Shown: piece after piece, positions 12,584-26,074 of the stretch
How the letters are laid out: every line of letters starts with the position of its first letter
Position numbering within the stretch: position 1 is the stretch's first letter
Source: Cetorhinus maximus
Lineage: Eukaryota
Length of the DNA: 64,000 bases
Direction of reading: 5' to 3'
NCBI RefSeq assembly: GCF_964194155.1
Contig: NC_135896.1
Location: 79,422,001 to 79,486,000, forward strand
Position numbers and translations under genes: made by a program
Notes under the pieces: generated by a model
Told to the model about the DNA's origin: nothing
Databases searched by the model: none
Seen by the model: the letters and a program-made list of their open reading frames with translations, nothing else

Positions 12584-13755
12584 TAAAAACAGAAAATGCT
12601 CTAAATGCCAAGCAAATCTGGCAGCATCTGTGAAGAGAGGAACAGAGTTAATGGCCTGGATTTTCATCCTCGAAGTGGGTAATGGGAGTCAGAAAAATTC
12701 CTGGCTCAGCCCACCCACCTCAGGAGAAAGTGCTCTGGGAAGCAGCTGTTTCAACAAACTCTAATGCAGCCTCTGGGTTCTCAGCCAAGCGTTATTATGT
12801 ATTCTTGGCTGAGAGCCCAGAGTGCTATTACAATACCAGAACACCGGCTTCCCAGAGGAAACATTCTTTGATTGATAGCTCAGGCTTTCTGATCTTGTTG
12901 TCAATTTCACAATGTTTGTTTACACAAGTTAAGTGGTTTCAAGAGTTTGTGGTTTGTGGTGTTTGATTCTTTAAAGGGCCTGGGTGATTGACACTTTTAT
13001 TACCTTGTAGTTCAGACTTTTATTCAACATAGGAGAAAATTATCAATGAATTACTTTTCTTCAAAGTTTTTGTTAAACATTCCACTATTCACTATGGGGT
13101 TCATTAGTTCTAAAAAGTGTACAGTGGGTCAATGGACATGAAAGTGCCATAGCTTGGCACAGGGTCATGAGGGGCCATAGGTAGTGGGTGGAAGGGCAGA
13201 GCTTGGCATTGGGGGCATATGGGGACTTGGTGGATGGAAGGACAGAGCTTGGCATAGGGAGCATGAGGGGCCATAGGATGGATGGGGAGTGTAACTTGGC
13301 ATAGGGGGCATGAGGAGGACCTTTTGAACTTAATTTTTAAAAGGTCCCCTCATGCCGACTAGGGTTCATGACTCCTCTGAGGGGCCGTGAACCACAACTC
13401 TTTAAAAAACTGGGTTGGCTCTATGAAAATTGCAGAGTAGGACATACCTATCCCTGCAATGGAGCCCGCAAGGTCGGGAGTGCCAGATGCAGGCTTTTGA
13501 CAGGAACCAACCAGCATCCATTAAAGGCATTCCTGAAAATCAGAAAGCCCGGGAATGGCATTGGGAATCTCGAATTGGGACCCATCCGCCATTTTTTAAA
13601 GGCTCCCAATTCAACCCAACCTGGTGAAAATCCAGGCCAATGTTTCAGGCCTGTGACCCTGTTTCTCTCTCCACAGATGCTGCCAAGAACTGCTAGATAT
13701 TTCCAGCATTTTCTGTTTTTATTTCAGATTTTCAGGAACTATAGTGTTTTGCTAT
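12584..13755. mobile_element. Penelope-type fold-back fragment, split by a MITE
   Basis: 12584-12648 (aaaacagaaaatgct...gcagcatctgtgaagagaggaacag) is the reverse complement of about 13659-13722. Same family as 20838-20970. Confidence 0.6.
12653..13638. mobile_element. Non-autonomous PIF/Harbinger-type MITE
   Basis: Perfect 14-bp TIRs GGCCTGGATTTTCA / TGAAAATCCAGGCC, 3-bp TSD AAT, internal G-rich ~47-bp repeats at about 13145-13320. Confidence 0.85.
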
Positions 13756-14774
13756 TGTATTATTATCCCTTGATGAGTGCAAAAAAAGTGGGTGAAGCCT
13801 CTGATAAAACAGAAATGAGCAGAGAGCAGAGTGTGGCACAGACATGCTGAATGGTCTCTCACAAACAATGATTGCTGAACTGTGATTTTTCCCCATGGGA
13901 AACAGGTTTTAATCCTTGACTTCTATTTGGTAGCCGATTTATTTAAGGCAAAGAGTCCTTGTTATCCTTTCAAATAGTGACTAGGCAGGATATTCATGTT
14001 GAACTGCTGCAGTCCATCTCTGAGCAGATCACATGGGCTCGGAGAATCTGGGGATGTTAAATTCGAGATCAGGGAGATAAACAGAATGGGCAGAAATGAG
14101 GGATTCAATCTCAGGAAGAACATGGACCAACTTTATTTCACTGCTGTGGAAATTGTGGAGAGTCCAGGAAGAAGGGAAGTAGCAGAATTAAAATAACTGA
14201 TTAACTTATTCCCCACTGATACCCTATTTACTTCACCTTCCACCAAGCAGCCAAGGTGCCCACCTGGTTCAGGAGGGAATCTCATGACTGCATGTGGGAG
14301 TCTGATGATGTATGTAGCACCCTAGTGCAAATTCAAGAGACATATGGGGTGAACCTGTGCCAACTGCACACTGCCCCCACCTCCAAATAAGCCTCCTGCT
14401 GGCTGGATCACCCACTGGTTTGCCCAATATTGGAAGCTGCAGCTTGGAGGGAGATTTCTAATGAAAGCCGTATAAGGCAGTTTGTTGCTGTTGGCCCAGG
14501 CCCACTAGGAGCTGGATTGGGTCAGTTCAAACACACAGAGGAAAGAGGATCACCTCCAATACGATAACAGGAAGAAGAATTTTGAGGAATGCATTGATCA
14601 TTCAACTTTGGGATCACAAAAGGTCATTTCTAGAGCCTTATAAAAATGTGAAACAGGAAACGACCATTCAGCTCATTGAATTTTCTCCTTCTGGGAGCTA
14701 TGTACCACCTGCACTTTCTCAAGCTCTAAAGAACCCATTTATTTAAGCAAGTTTAATTTCAATCTTTTCTTGGT

Positions 14775-15190
14775 GGTGAACAGGCTGGGGCTGTATAAAA
14801 GGGAAAGGTTGAGGGGTGACCTGAGAGAGGCCTTTAATATAATGAAAGGGTTTGATAGGGTAGACATAGGGAAAATGTTTCCACTTGCTCAGAAGTCCAA
14901 AACTAGAGGTCATAAATATAAAATGGTCACTGTTAAATACAATATTGAATTTAGGAGAAACTTCTTTATCCAGAGAGTGGTACGAATGTGGAACTTGCTA
15001 CTACATAGTGTGTTTGAGGGAAATAGCGTTGATGTATTAAGGGGAAGTTAAACTAGTGCATTTGGGAGAAAGGAATAGAAGGATATGCTGATAAGTCAAA
15101 TGAAGAGGAGTGGGAGGAGGCTCGTGTGGAGCATAAACACCAGTCTAGACCAGTTGGGCCAAATAGCCTGTTTCTGCACTGTAGATGCAA
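14775..15190 (+). mobile_element. CR1 3' fragment
   Basis: ORF RLRGDLREAFNIMKGFDRVD...RRNFFIQRVVRMWNLL. Confidence 0.85.
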
Positions 15191-16229
15191 TATAACTCCA
15201 CGTAAAAGGGATGAAAAGGTCATTCACTTCATTGTTGTTTGTAGGACCCTGCTGTGTGCAAATGGCTGTTGCATTTACCCAGGTAATAATGACTACACAT
15301 CAATAGTAATATGTGAAGTGGTTTGGGATGTTTCTCCAAGATGTGGTAAGGTGTTTTATAAGTGCAAGTCTTACTTTTTACTAATTTGGACTCTGTCCCT
15401 CAATAACTGGCTCAGAAGTTGAGCCTGTCAGCTGTGCTATTATTTGTTTTATCGGAAAGTCCATGGGGAATAATCATTGCTTGCAGATCACAGTCAGATC
15501 TGACTTATATTTTTTGGCTTGTATTTTCTATCTATTTTTCTGTGTGTACATGGATGTTGTTTTTGTTCTTGTTTTTGAGTCCAGTCACACACACAAAATA
15601 TTCTGATCCAAATTTAACCCTTGTAATATTTGTGGTCATGGTTTTTTTCTCTTTTCCCCTTCTAGCTCCCTTCAAAGTTACTTTGTGTTTTCTCCCTCAC
15701 ACCCCCTTGCTTTCCAATTCTATTGGCTTCTCTTTCACCCTCGCCTTTGTTTTTTCTTGAAATCAGTTCCTAAGTCAGAGCCTCCTCCACATGAACCCTG
15801 TGGTGATGCAGGTTGCAATGAATTAGCTTTCTCATAAAATTAGCAGCATGTCTAGGAAATCTAATAAGTAGTTTCAGAACTTTGCCAATGATCAAAGAAA
15901 GCATGTTTGTGGGAATTATTTCCTGGATTAATTCTTGGTTTAGGATTTCAGTGAAATACATGAATTCAGATGGAAATCGGGAAATTTAAAGGAAAAATAA
16001 TTTAGAGTGGCTCAGCTGTTGTTTCAGCTCAGTAACTGTTTTTAATCAATGCAAATTCCAAATTCCTTTATCATTGCCTATCAATTCCTGTTCCTACTGA
16101 TTGCCCCCTTCAGCCTTGCAATGTTTCCACAAACTAAAGGTGGTGAATTACCAATCATTGCAATGCCCTCAGGTTAAAGCTACTTTCCCATAAGCACGAA
16201 GGGAACATTGGAAGGTCCAATCTCCCATT

Positions 16230-16770
16230 TTAAGGTTTGGCAAGCGATGATAAATTTGTACAGAACATTGATTAGGTGATAGTTAGTGTATTACTTGGGA
16301 ACCCCATGATAGAAAGGTCATGTAATTCATAGAAAGCATCCATCATAGATTCACTAACATGGTACCAGTGATGGGAAAATATAACATAAGGAAAGACTTG
16401 AGACAGTGAAGCTCTAGAGCAGAGAAAGTTAATAGAAGGTTTATTCGACCTTATTTTTAATTATGAATTTAAATTTGATAAGGTGAATAGGGAAAGATTT
16501 TACCTCTGGTAAGGGAGTCAGAGATCAGAGAAGTTAGAAGAGATGTCTTTTTAGAAAGAGTTGTCAGACAATGAGATACTTTGCCACAGGAAAACGGTGA
16601 AGCAGAAACCATTGAATCTTTTAAGGGAAAGTGAATAAATATTGGAAGCAGAGAAAGAGCCAGGCTGCAGCAGAGAATAGGGACATTAGATTAATTTGGT
16701 GCTGCTGTAAAACTGGCACATATAATGGGCTAAGCAATCTCCTGCTCTGCTGGAATGTTCTAGCTGAATG
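16230..16770 (+). mobile_element. Old, heavily decayed CR1 3' fragment
   Basis: Residual similarity to the CR1 C-terminal region (ttgtacagaacattgattagg, agattcactaacatggtaccag, tttgataaggtgaatagggaaag). Confidence 0.55.
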
Positions 16771-16804
16771 CAGAACCTTTAGCTGCAGAAAGGATATGTA
16801 GAAA

Positions 16805-17125
16805 GAAAAGAAAGAACTTGCATTTGTATTTTTGCCTTTCAGAACTGCGAGTGCTTCAGAAGCAATGAATTACTTGTGAAGTGTAATTGCTGTTGTGTAC
16901 CCAAACACTGTAGTCAATTTGCACACAGGAAGTTATGGCAAACAACAGCGAGATAAATGATCAGTTAATCTGTTCAAGGTGTTAACTGAGGGACAATAAT
17001 TGGCTAGACGTTGCCCTTCTTCAGATAATGTCATGGAATCTTTTATATCCACCTGAACAAGCAGACAAAGCCTCAGATTAACAGCTAATGCAAGAGACAG
17101 CACCTCCAACAAAGGAGCATTTGCT
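16805..17125 (-). mobile_element. Deu-domain SINE (SacSINE1/AmnSINE-like) remnant
   Basis: aaagaacttgcattt...caatgaattacttgtgaagtgt...tcatggaatcttttatatccacctgaac...gacagcacctcc is homologous to 62930-63280. Confidence 0.65.
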
Positions 17126-17347
17126 CTTCACCCCTTGGATTTTTGTAGGGGGTTTATGGCGAGAGGAAAAATAATCACAATAGAGCAAAAGAAAGTACAA
17201 AAATAAAAATGTTTGGCCTGAACTATACTTTCAGGTTTTGGATATGTATTCATTAGCCTGTAGTGGAATTAGATCACATTCCGCTGACTTCTCAATGGCA
17301 GTATTGGCAAGTTTACAATCTAACTTTGTTTCTTACTATTTTTCTAG

Positions 17348-17425
17348 GAACACATCGATAAGGCCATTGAGCTGAAGCAAAACGACCCTTCTTTACACTA
17401 CTTGTTGGGAAGATGGTGCTATGAG
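17348..17425 (+). CDS. RMDN2: Internal coding exon of regulator of microtubule dynamics protein (RMDN family, TPR region)
   Basis: Acceptor tttcttactatttttctag, 78 nt, phase 0/0, donor GAG|gtaata. Translates [26 protein letters not shown], matching the RMDN2/RMDN3 segment as I recall it (human RMDN2 EHLDIAIKLLPEEPFLYYLKGRYCYT). RMDN3 is not excluded. Confidence 0.9.
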
Positions 17426-17763
17426 GTAATATTCCAGTGGTGTATAAAGAGGAGGGGGTTGCTTTTATGGCGTATCCTGTATTATACAAAGCTGGCAGTA
17501 GCTGGTTATGTTTGACAATATAATATTTCCTTGTCAGTGAGCTCCTAATTATGTGTTGCTCAAAAAAAGCATGAATCAAGACTGTTCATTTCCAGCATGC
17601 CACATGCCTTTTGGGTGTATATTTCTTTTTTGAACTCTTTAACCACATCTGTGTCTATAGGATAAAAATGTGGCAGTCCAGTCTGTAAGGTAGCATGCTT
17701 GTTGTGTCAATATTTAACTTATAAGCTTCATGCTGTCTCTTTCTTGCTTGAACAAAGAAGCAT

Positions 17764-20465
17764 GGGCTGGATTTTACAGAGGCATTCAGGCAGATGGTCC
17801 TCCCATGCCTTTGTAAAATAGGGCATCATAATGTCGGAAGCCTGCCCACCTTCCCTAAACAAACAATTAACAGCTGATTCAAATAGTTAAGCAGGCAATT
17901 GACTGACATTTTACTTTGCTCGTTCCATTTTGCGGGGTACATACAGGCCAAACGGGGTGGGAGGGGTGAGGGGAGTAATTTCTGGCAACTATTCGTGGGT
18001 AGCACAAGGGCGGTAGAAAAGACTGGAAACAGAGCAATTGTGAGAGAGTGGATGCATCAGGCGAGTCTGCTGATGGAGGTGAGAGTGTTAACCTGTGGAT
18101 CTTTGGATATATTTGTGAGGTGCACCAGTTTAAAAGAGGGATATGTACGCGATTGAGAGGTCAGAGGCCCTGGAATCAAGGAGGATCCCTTAAACAGAAG
18201 TCTCCAACTGGGAATTCAGAGGTCATTGTCCCCATGGGAATTGTGCTGCTCAAGCAGAACAGGAGAAGGAGGGACAGGAGGGCAGATGGTCAGGCACAGG
18301 TGTGCCCCGCTAACCCTGCATGAGGGTCCTTGTGCTGCTCAAAGGGCAAAAGGACACGGGGACCACATCATCAAGTCCTTCCAAGGAGAAGACCTTACCC
18401 TGCACAAATAGTTTATAGGCAGAGAATGAACTACCTCCAGCTATCAGAGTGCTAGTGTTTTTGCAGACTAGCCTCCTGGGAGACATTCTGAGATGCTGGC
18501 AGGGGGCATTTGATCAAATTGTGTAGGGGGACACCTGATGCATGTAGCTTTGACGGTGACCGTGAACTTGAACTTTTATGCTATGGGCTCATTCCAGGCA
18601 TCAGCCAGAGGTCTTTGCAGCATTTTGAAGCCTGCGGCACATCATTGCATCAAGGGAGTGATGGATGCACTTTTTAGGAGAGAGGGCGACTTCATCGCTT
18701 TATACCATGGATGAGGTTAGACAGACTGAGAGAACCAGAGGGTCTGGTTGCATAACAGTATTCCCCAAAATTCAGGGAGTGATGGACTGCACACATGCGG
18801 CCATTAAGGCTCCTGCAGCCAGCCAGGGGCATTTATGAACTGTAAAGGGTTTCATTCCCTGAATGTGCAACTTGTGCATAACCATCATTGGAGGATCATG
18901 TAGGTATGTGGGTGGTATCATGGGAGTTATCACAATGCCTACATCCTCAGGCACTCTTAGGTGCCACAGCTTTTCTCCCCAGCACAGTCATTGGAGGGAT
19001 GGATACTTAGCAATAAGGGCTTAAAGAGATGGCTCATAACTCCTATAAGCAACCTGCTAACAGAGACTGAGCATCGTTCTAGTAAGAGCCATGCAGCCAT
19101 CTGTTCAAAATGAGATTCCGATGCCTGGACCGACCTAGTAGCATAGTGCAAAATGGACCGGCTTGGGTCTCCCTGATCATTGTGTTATGCTGTGCTTTTC
19201 ACACCCTGGCACTCCAGAGAGGGGAGGCCCTAGCAGGGGAGAATGTAGTCGATCGGACCGCATCTTCAAATGACAAATCTGTACTGTATTCTGAAGACAA
19301 ACAAGAGGAGCCAGGCAGGCCAGCCACAGCACCTGAGGGCCTGCAGGGAGTGGGATGCCAGAGAAGCTCGGATAACCTCACATAGCAGTGCATCCACATC
19401 AGACACGAGGTTTTCCACTCACCTTTTCAGAACAGAGAAGGCCATACATCCTCTTGAAGCACGACAGCCAGGCCCTCCAGACGACCCCACAACTGCTGAC
19501 CGCCTCTACCACCTCCATCCAGGCTTGTTTGGTCTGGCAGGGAGATCTCCTCTTCTCATCCTGCAGCATTAGAACCTGCTGCTGATCAGTCACAGCCTGG
19601 AAGAGAACATGAAGGGAGTTATCATTGAACTCTGGGGTTGTCCGGCCTTTTGCCTTCACCATTGTTCCTGGTAGCCACTGCGATGGGAGTGGGTCACTCT
19701 AATCCAGTGTGGGGTGCCTTTGATGAACAAATGATGTTTCCTCCTTTGTCATCTGGGGTTGGTACAAGGCACAGCTGGCAGAAGAGTCACCAGGATGACA
19801 ACAGATTTTCTGCCCTAAAGCTTCTCTACTCCTTAATTTTCTGCAATCAATATTGTCTTGCCTCAATTATGACAGTCTGCGAATTAAAGGTTGCTGCCCC
19901 CTGAGCATGCCTTCATCTTATGAAGAAAGGTTGAACAGGTTGGGTCTATACCCACTGGTGTTTACAAGAATGAGAGGTGATTTTATTGAAACATATAAGA
20001 TCTGAGGAGACTTGATAGGCTGAATACCAGGAGAATGTTTCCTCTTGTGGGGGAGACTAGAACTAGGGGACACAGTTTAAGAATAAGAGGTCTTCTTTTT
20101 AAGACAGAGATGAGAAGAACTTTTTTCTCTGAGAGTCGTTAGTCTGTGGAATTCTCTTCCCCAGAAAGCAGTGGAAGGGGGGCCATTGAATTTATTCAGG
20201 GCAGAGTTGGATTGATTTTTGATAGGCAAGAGAGTCAAGGGTTATGAGCAGCAGATGGCAAAGTGGAATTGGGACCACAACCACTAGGTCAGCAATTGAT
20301 GTGGACCCCCTGGCCCAACACTAATTAGCCAGCGGTCCTGTCAGCTAACCATTAATTGGCTGGCCGATACTTAATCACACTAGACACATTGACATGGGTG
20401 GGAGCGGACCCCCATGCTCTTTCCCTTGCACCTCTGATGCGGCCGGGATGCGTTAAATGCAGCCC
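17764..20465 (+). mobile_element. Decayed PIF/Harbinger transposon (transposase on +, Myb/SANT gene on -)
   Basis: Imperfect TIRs gggctggattttac / gttaaatgcagccc with CAT on both sides. Transposase remnant GVMDCTHAAIKAP near 18775. Minus ORF 19399-19662 is Myb/SANT-like (TKQAWMEVVEAVSS...RAWLSCFKRM). Confidence 0.75.
19905..20290 (+). mobile_element. CR1 3' fragment inside the Harbinger element
   Basis: tcttatgaagaaaggttgaacagg...gagaggtgattttattgaaacatataag...tggaattctcttcc. Confidence 0.85.
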
Positions 20466-20837
20466 CATTTGTCTCTTACCTCATGGCGAATATCGTGGCA
20501 GGTACAAGGTCCATCTGGAATACAGATGTTTTGTGTTGGGCATCTTACCAAATGACTAATCTCATGCCAGCCTTCCACAACAAGTGGCTGCTGAAAGTTT
20601 GCGCACGTAGTGTTATGCTGCTTAGTAGTGTCTCAGTCTCCTAACCGGGAAAGTTTTGTTGTTCCTCCCTATCGATTCTTCTCATGCCCAGTATTGTTGA
20701 CCAGATTTAGATGGAGAAGAATGCATAATCCCAAATTTGTTGAAACTAAGCAGCTGACTACTAATACTGGCCATGATGTAGCAAACTACCCCTGAGTTCT
20801 TCTGCCTCCACTATTGCTATGATATGAATTAATTTGT

Positions 20838-20970
20838 TCTGATGAAGAGTCATACGGACTCGATACGTTAACTGTATTCCTCTCCACAGATGCTGTCAGA
20901 TCTGCTGAGTTTTTCGAGCTATTTTTGTTTTTGTTTTAGATTTCCAGCATCTGCAGTATTTTGCTTTTAT
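20838..20970 (+). mobile_element. Penelope-type short insertion with degenerate hammerhead ribozyme core
   Basis: Exact 10-bp TSD attaatttgt (20828-20837 and 20971-20980). Begins tCTGATGAa-GAGTC-atacg-GACTC-GATAcgttaac. Confidence 0.7.
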
Positions 20971-21391
20971 ATTAATTTGTAACATGTTGGCTAGACAATT
21001 AGGGAGGAATTTTAGATTTCCTATTTGGAAGTAGTTGAACCTATTCTTATAAAACTCCCTCCCTGCCTATCATTAATTTCTTTCTGAACTAGAACACTTG
21101 AAACTTCCAGTATCTCTTGCTGCTTGCTATTTACTAAGACCAGCTTCACTTCCAATCTGCAGCCACCTTTTAAAGGACCTGAGACTTAATAATAGAAGAA
21201 GCTTGAAGAAATCATGTGCTTGCAATGTTCCAATATGACACCATCCTTTTGGATACTGTCCCAGTATTTGCCGACAGTATTTGGATGAGAATTCACTCAT
21301 TTGTGTACATGTATGTATTCGTTTAGAGAGTGAAAAAGATAACACTAAAGGTAGGTCATCCAATGTTTTGGTGCCAGTCACCTTACTTATT

Positions 21392-21755
21392 AGAACATAA
21401 GAAATGGGAGCAGGAGAAGACCATATGGTCCCTCGAGCCTGCTCTGTCATTCAATACGATCACAACTGATCTTCTGCCTCAGCTCCATTTTCCCATCTGA
21501 TCCCCATATCCCTCAATTCCCGGAATCTGTCTATCTCAGCCTTAAGTATATGCAATGATGGAGCACCCACAACCCACAACCCTCTGGGGTAGAGAATTCC
21601 AAAGATTCACAACCTTTTGGATGAAGAAATTTCTCATTTCAGTCCTAAATTACCAGCCCCTTATCTTGTGACCATGTCCCCGTGTTCTAGATTCCCCAGC
21701 CAAGGGAAACAACCTCTTGATGTCTACCCTGTCAAGCCCCTTCAGAATCCTAATT
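21392..21755 (-). mobile_element. CR1 3' fragment
   Basis: agaacataagaaatgggagcaggagaagacc tail; ctctggggtagagaattccaaagattcacaacc. Confidence 0.85.
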
Positions 21756-22934
21756 ATAATTAATTTAACATTTACACAAAAAAAATCACCAATTTTAAAA
21801 TTTAATGACTTAATCAAAGGAAAAACCTCAACAAATTTTGAAGATCTGACAGTTCAATATGTATTACTGAGCGATGATAAATTTGCTGGTTGGGTCATAA
21901 AGTAAGGATGCTGCACATTTATAAAGGGATCTTAAGTATTAAAATAGCACTGGGCCAACACGTCAGACCACAGACCCTGCTAAATGCCACAGTAGCAATA
22001 CAAATGCAGCACTTAATAGGTCCTGGGGACACTTGTTATTGTAATGTGGTAACTATTAATATCACTGGGATAAAACATTAGCAAGGGTCAACAGAGTGCA
22101 CAATACTAATGAAACAAAACCAACCACCTACTAATTACATCCGGAACAAGGGGGAAAGCCAGTATTTTTTGATGCTTCTTAAACTATATTTTAAGTAGAG
22201 TTTTTATAAGACTGCAGCTTATATTCAAATCTTACAGTTCCATTAGTCTGGAAATGAAAACCTCTGTTCCCTGATTAGTGCCATGCATGCTGTATTGGTG
22301 TACATTTGTCCATCATTGTTTTCCATCTCAAACAACCATCTGTTTCTCATTGCCTGTGATTCACCTCCAACAATGACATGCTTCTAGATTTTTACTTTAG
22401 TAGCTAGATTTTTCATAATTTACCAGTAACTTTTTTGTAGCGTCACTCATGGTCACTTGGAGATTTCTAAGCACAGGGTGTTATGTAGTATTATCAAGAG
22501 CACTGATTTATCAGTATTGGAGGCAGTAATGAAAAGGGACCATGGAGTCTGACAGTAACAGAATAAGGTCTGAGGATCTGACACTAATAGGATAAGGAGT
22601 AATTTGGTGACCCAGGGTTAGGGAGTGCTGGGAGGGAAGCTCTGTTGTTCTGGAAACATTGTAGAAGGACTGATTTGAGAACTCTGGTACAGATCTGAGG
22701 TATGGAATCACCAGAACAGGACTTCTGGAATTTGGGAGCATTGGAGGGGGAGGTCCAATGGCCAGGAATCTGAGCTCATTGAAATGCATTCTGAGGATTT
22801 GTGAACACTTGAGAGGAGATTCTGGAAAAGTGAAAAGGTGCAGGAAGGAGTTCTTCTAGTCCACCAGGAACAGGCAAGAGATAGGGAACTTTGGGGAAGA
22901 ATCTAGCAGATTTGAGGGTTTCTGCGATGTCACA

Positions 22935-23610
22935 GTACTGTCCAGCAGCCCATTCACCTTATTAAAACCCTTAGTAATTGTGAACACCCTTATCAGATCT
23001 CCTTATAACATTTCCTGCAGTCAGGAAAATAATCCAAATTTCTCTTAATGATCCCAATGCTGACCCCTGGGGAACATCGCTGTTTACATCCTTCCAATTT
23101 GAGAAACAGCCGTTAACTACTGCTCTCTGCTTTATGTCCTTTAACCAACTTCCTTTCTATGCTGCCAGGTTCCCTTTAATACAATTTTATCAGCAAGCCT
23201 CCTATTAGACATCTTATCAAACTCCTCTTGAAAGCCAAATATTAAACATCCAACTGTTTCCTTTATCAATATACCATTATTTCCTCAAAAAAAATGGTCA
23301 GATATGGCTTGTTTGTGCAAATCCAAGCTGCCTATATTTAGTTAATCCTAGTCTTCCAAAGTGAGTACTAATTTTGTTCTGTTATGGTATCTAGAAACTT
23401 TTGTGCTGCCAGTTTAAAGCTGATTATAGTTATCTAGTTTAATTTCCTTCCGAACAAAGTTTTTACATTGACAACTCTGCTGTCCTCTGGCACAACTTCC
23501 ATAATCCAAGGATGTGGTGAACGCCTCTGCTATTTCCTCTCTGACTACCCTTAGGGCCCAGTATACTTCGATATTGAATTCTATCAGTTTTTTCCAGTGC
23601 TACAACTGTA
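22935..23610 (-). mobile_element. Old CR1 RT fragment
   Basis: Decayed matches such as gctgacccctggggaac (GVPQGS) and atcttatcaaactcctcttgaaagcc (DFQ.AFDK). Confidence 0.55.
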
Positions 23611-23937
23611 GTAAACCTATCTAATTGCTCAATGCCCTCCTCTTGTCCCGACTATCACAATCTTGTGTGAAACTGAGTTGTAAGGCGTAATTTAGTCTGG
23701 CGGAGATCCCATCCTCCAAAACGAAAACTGGTGGCACCTCCACCAACCCAATCTCCCCAAGCCACAACAAAATAAGGTGCCTAATTAACAACAGGAACCT
23801 TGCCGCCAGGCCTTCCAACTCCACCAGGGACATTTCATCACACCCTCTAGTGTGGGGCAGATTTCCCATTCCCAAAAGCTGCCGGCCAACTGGTCCTGTA
23901 CTGACAGTGCCACCAGGAGCAGTGACAACTACCAATA

Positions 23938-24208
23938 TGTTACGACCAGGTGAGAAGGAGTGAACTAGTTCCCTTCTATTCAACCTCCTCGGTTGATCAC
24001 AACAAAGATTGAAGTTACTTTTCCAGGAGGAGATTCCTTTTCCAAATCAAATGTATTTAACTATTCAAGTTGTGAGCAATAAGGAGCCAATCAGACAAAG
24101 GTTTCTTGAGTCAAAGAAAGAGCAAATTTATTAACCACTGAACCCAAGTAAAAACTCAACGTGAAGCAGTCAGCCTTCATGCAACACACACAAACACACA
24201 CACTCACA

Positions 24209-24243
<35 letters not shown>

Positions 24244-24815
24244 GTCCTTTGATTGTCCTTGAGGAATAGATTTTAAATGCTGTGGCCGATTTGGGTTTGC
24301 TAGTTTCTTGGATGTGGTCAGATGTTGAAGATCTCAATTCGCTGGTAGGTTTCTGTAGAGTTGGCTTCTCGAACTGAGTGACACACTTATTCCAAAAGAG
24401 AGAGGGAAAGAGCAGCCTTCGGTCTGTTTCCTCTGCTGAAGACTTTCTTGACAAAGCCTGTGTCACTGCAATCACTCTGTAGCGGCTGGGCAGCCTTGCC
24501 TTGAAATAATTCACCCAAAGTGTATTTCCAAGAGATTTTGGGTGTGTTTGTCTGTGGCAGCATTGTTTCAAAATCCATTACTTTATATTTTTCTTGTCTC
24601 TTCCTTAGACAGTTACGAGTTTTGATGGGTGTCTGGATTATAGCAAATCTTCACACTCACCTAATTGTGATTTATTTGTTTCTGACCTTCACCTTGGAAT
24701 ATGGCCTTGCATTTTTAAGCAGTTTCCTCTGTCTCAGTTCAAATTGTAAAATTTACAGTCAGTTGAAACTTTAAAAATCATACTGTCAAAAATAAAGAGG
24801 CATAGCCTCGTAACA
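23938..24815 (-). repeat. 3' LTR of the Gypsy element
   Basis: 8-bp inverted termini TGTTACGA...TCGTAACA, internal (CA)n at ~24183-24240, homologous to 30330-31076. Confidence 0.85.
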
Positions 24816-26074
24816 CCACCCCATCACAAAAAAGTGAAATGAGATTCACTCTTGTTTCATTACAAGGTATAAAAATACAAAACAAAAAAAAAACACATTC
24901 ACTTCCATTCACTCTGTTAGTCTTGGTCTGGATTATCCCATCAGTTCCAACTGGATCTCTTTAAGTTCTGGACAGGGTGTCCCGCAACACATTCGATTTC
25001 CCTACAATGTGGGTGATTTTTAGGTGATATAGTTGGAGAAACAAACTCCAATAGAATAACCTGCCGTTCTGAGTTTGAATTTGTCCACAAAGGACAAAGG
25101 GTTGTGATCGGTATAGACTGTGGGCTCTCCTTATCCATTTCTGATATATATCTCAAAATGTTTGCGAGCCAGTAATACACCTAGGGCTTATTTTTCTACT
25201 GTGGAATACCATTTCAAATGTTTGTTCAGTTTTTTGGAGATGTAGCTGATGGGGGTCTCTATTCCTGATTCGTCGTCCTGGAGCAGGACAGCCCCTACCC
25301 TGAGGTCACTAGCATCGATGACTACTATAAATGCTTGGTTAAAGTCCTGGAGCGGCTAGCACTGGTTCGTTTATTAAAATGGCATTCAGCTTCTCAAAAG
25401 CTGTCTGGCATTTCTTGGTCCATACTATTTTCGCTTTTTTCCGTAGTGGGTCTGTCAGCAGGGCAGCTATGCCTTTGAAGTTTGGGATGAATTTATGTTA
25501 GAACTCACACATCCCTAGAAATGTCATGATTTTCCGTTTTATTGTGGGAATGGAAAACTGTACTACTGCTTGTACCTTTGCAGCTTTAGGCTGTACTTGT
25601 CCTTGATCCACCATATGCCCTAGGTAGATCACCTGAGGCTTAGTGAACTCGCTCTTTGTGAGATATACCAGTAGGTCAGCTGACTGTCATTTCTGGAAGA
25701 GGGCTTCCAGTTGCACTAATTGAGTTTCCCAAGTATCATTGTACACTAGGAGGTTGTCTAGGTACACTACACAATTGGATAAGCCCGCCATTACCTGGTT
25801 CATCAGCCTTTGAAAGATGGCTGGTGCATTTCTGAGTCCAAATGGCACGATTCGACAATGGTATAAGCCAAAAAGGCAGAGATTTCCTTTGTGTGAGAGG
25901 TCAAGGGAATTTGCCAGTATCCCTTGGGTAAATCTATCTTTAGGCTGCATTACTTAACCTAAATACACAGTTTTCCAGGTGGGGAATCAAGTATGAGTCA
26001 GCTCTGGTCACTGCATTAACCTTTCCGTAGTCAATGCAGAGCCTTGTGCAGCCGTCCAACTTGGACACGAGCAC

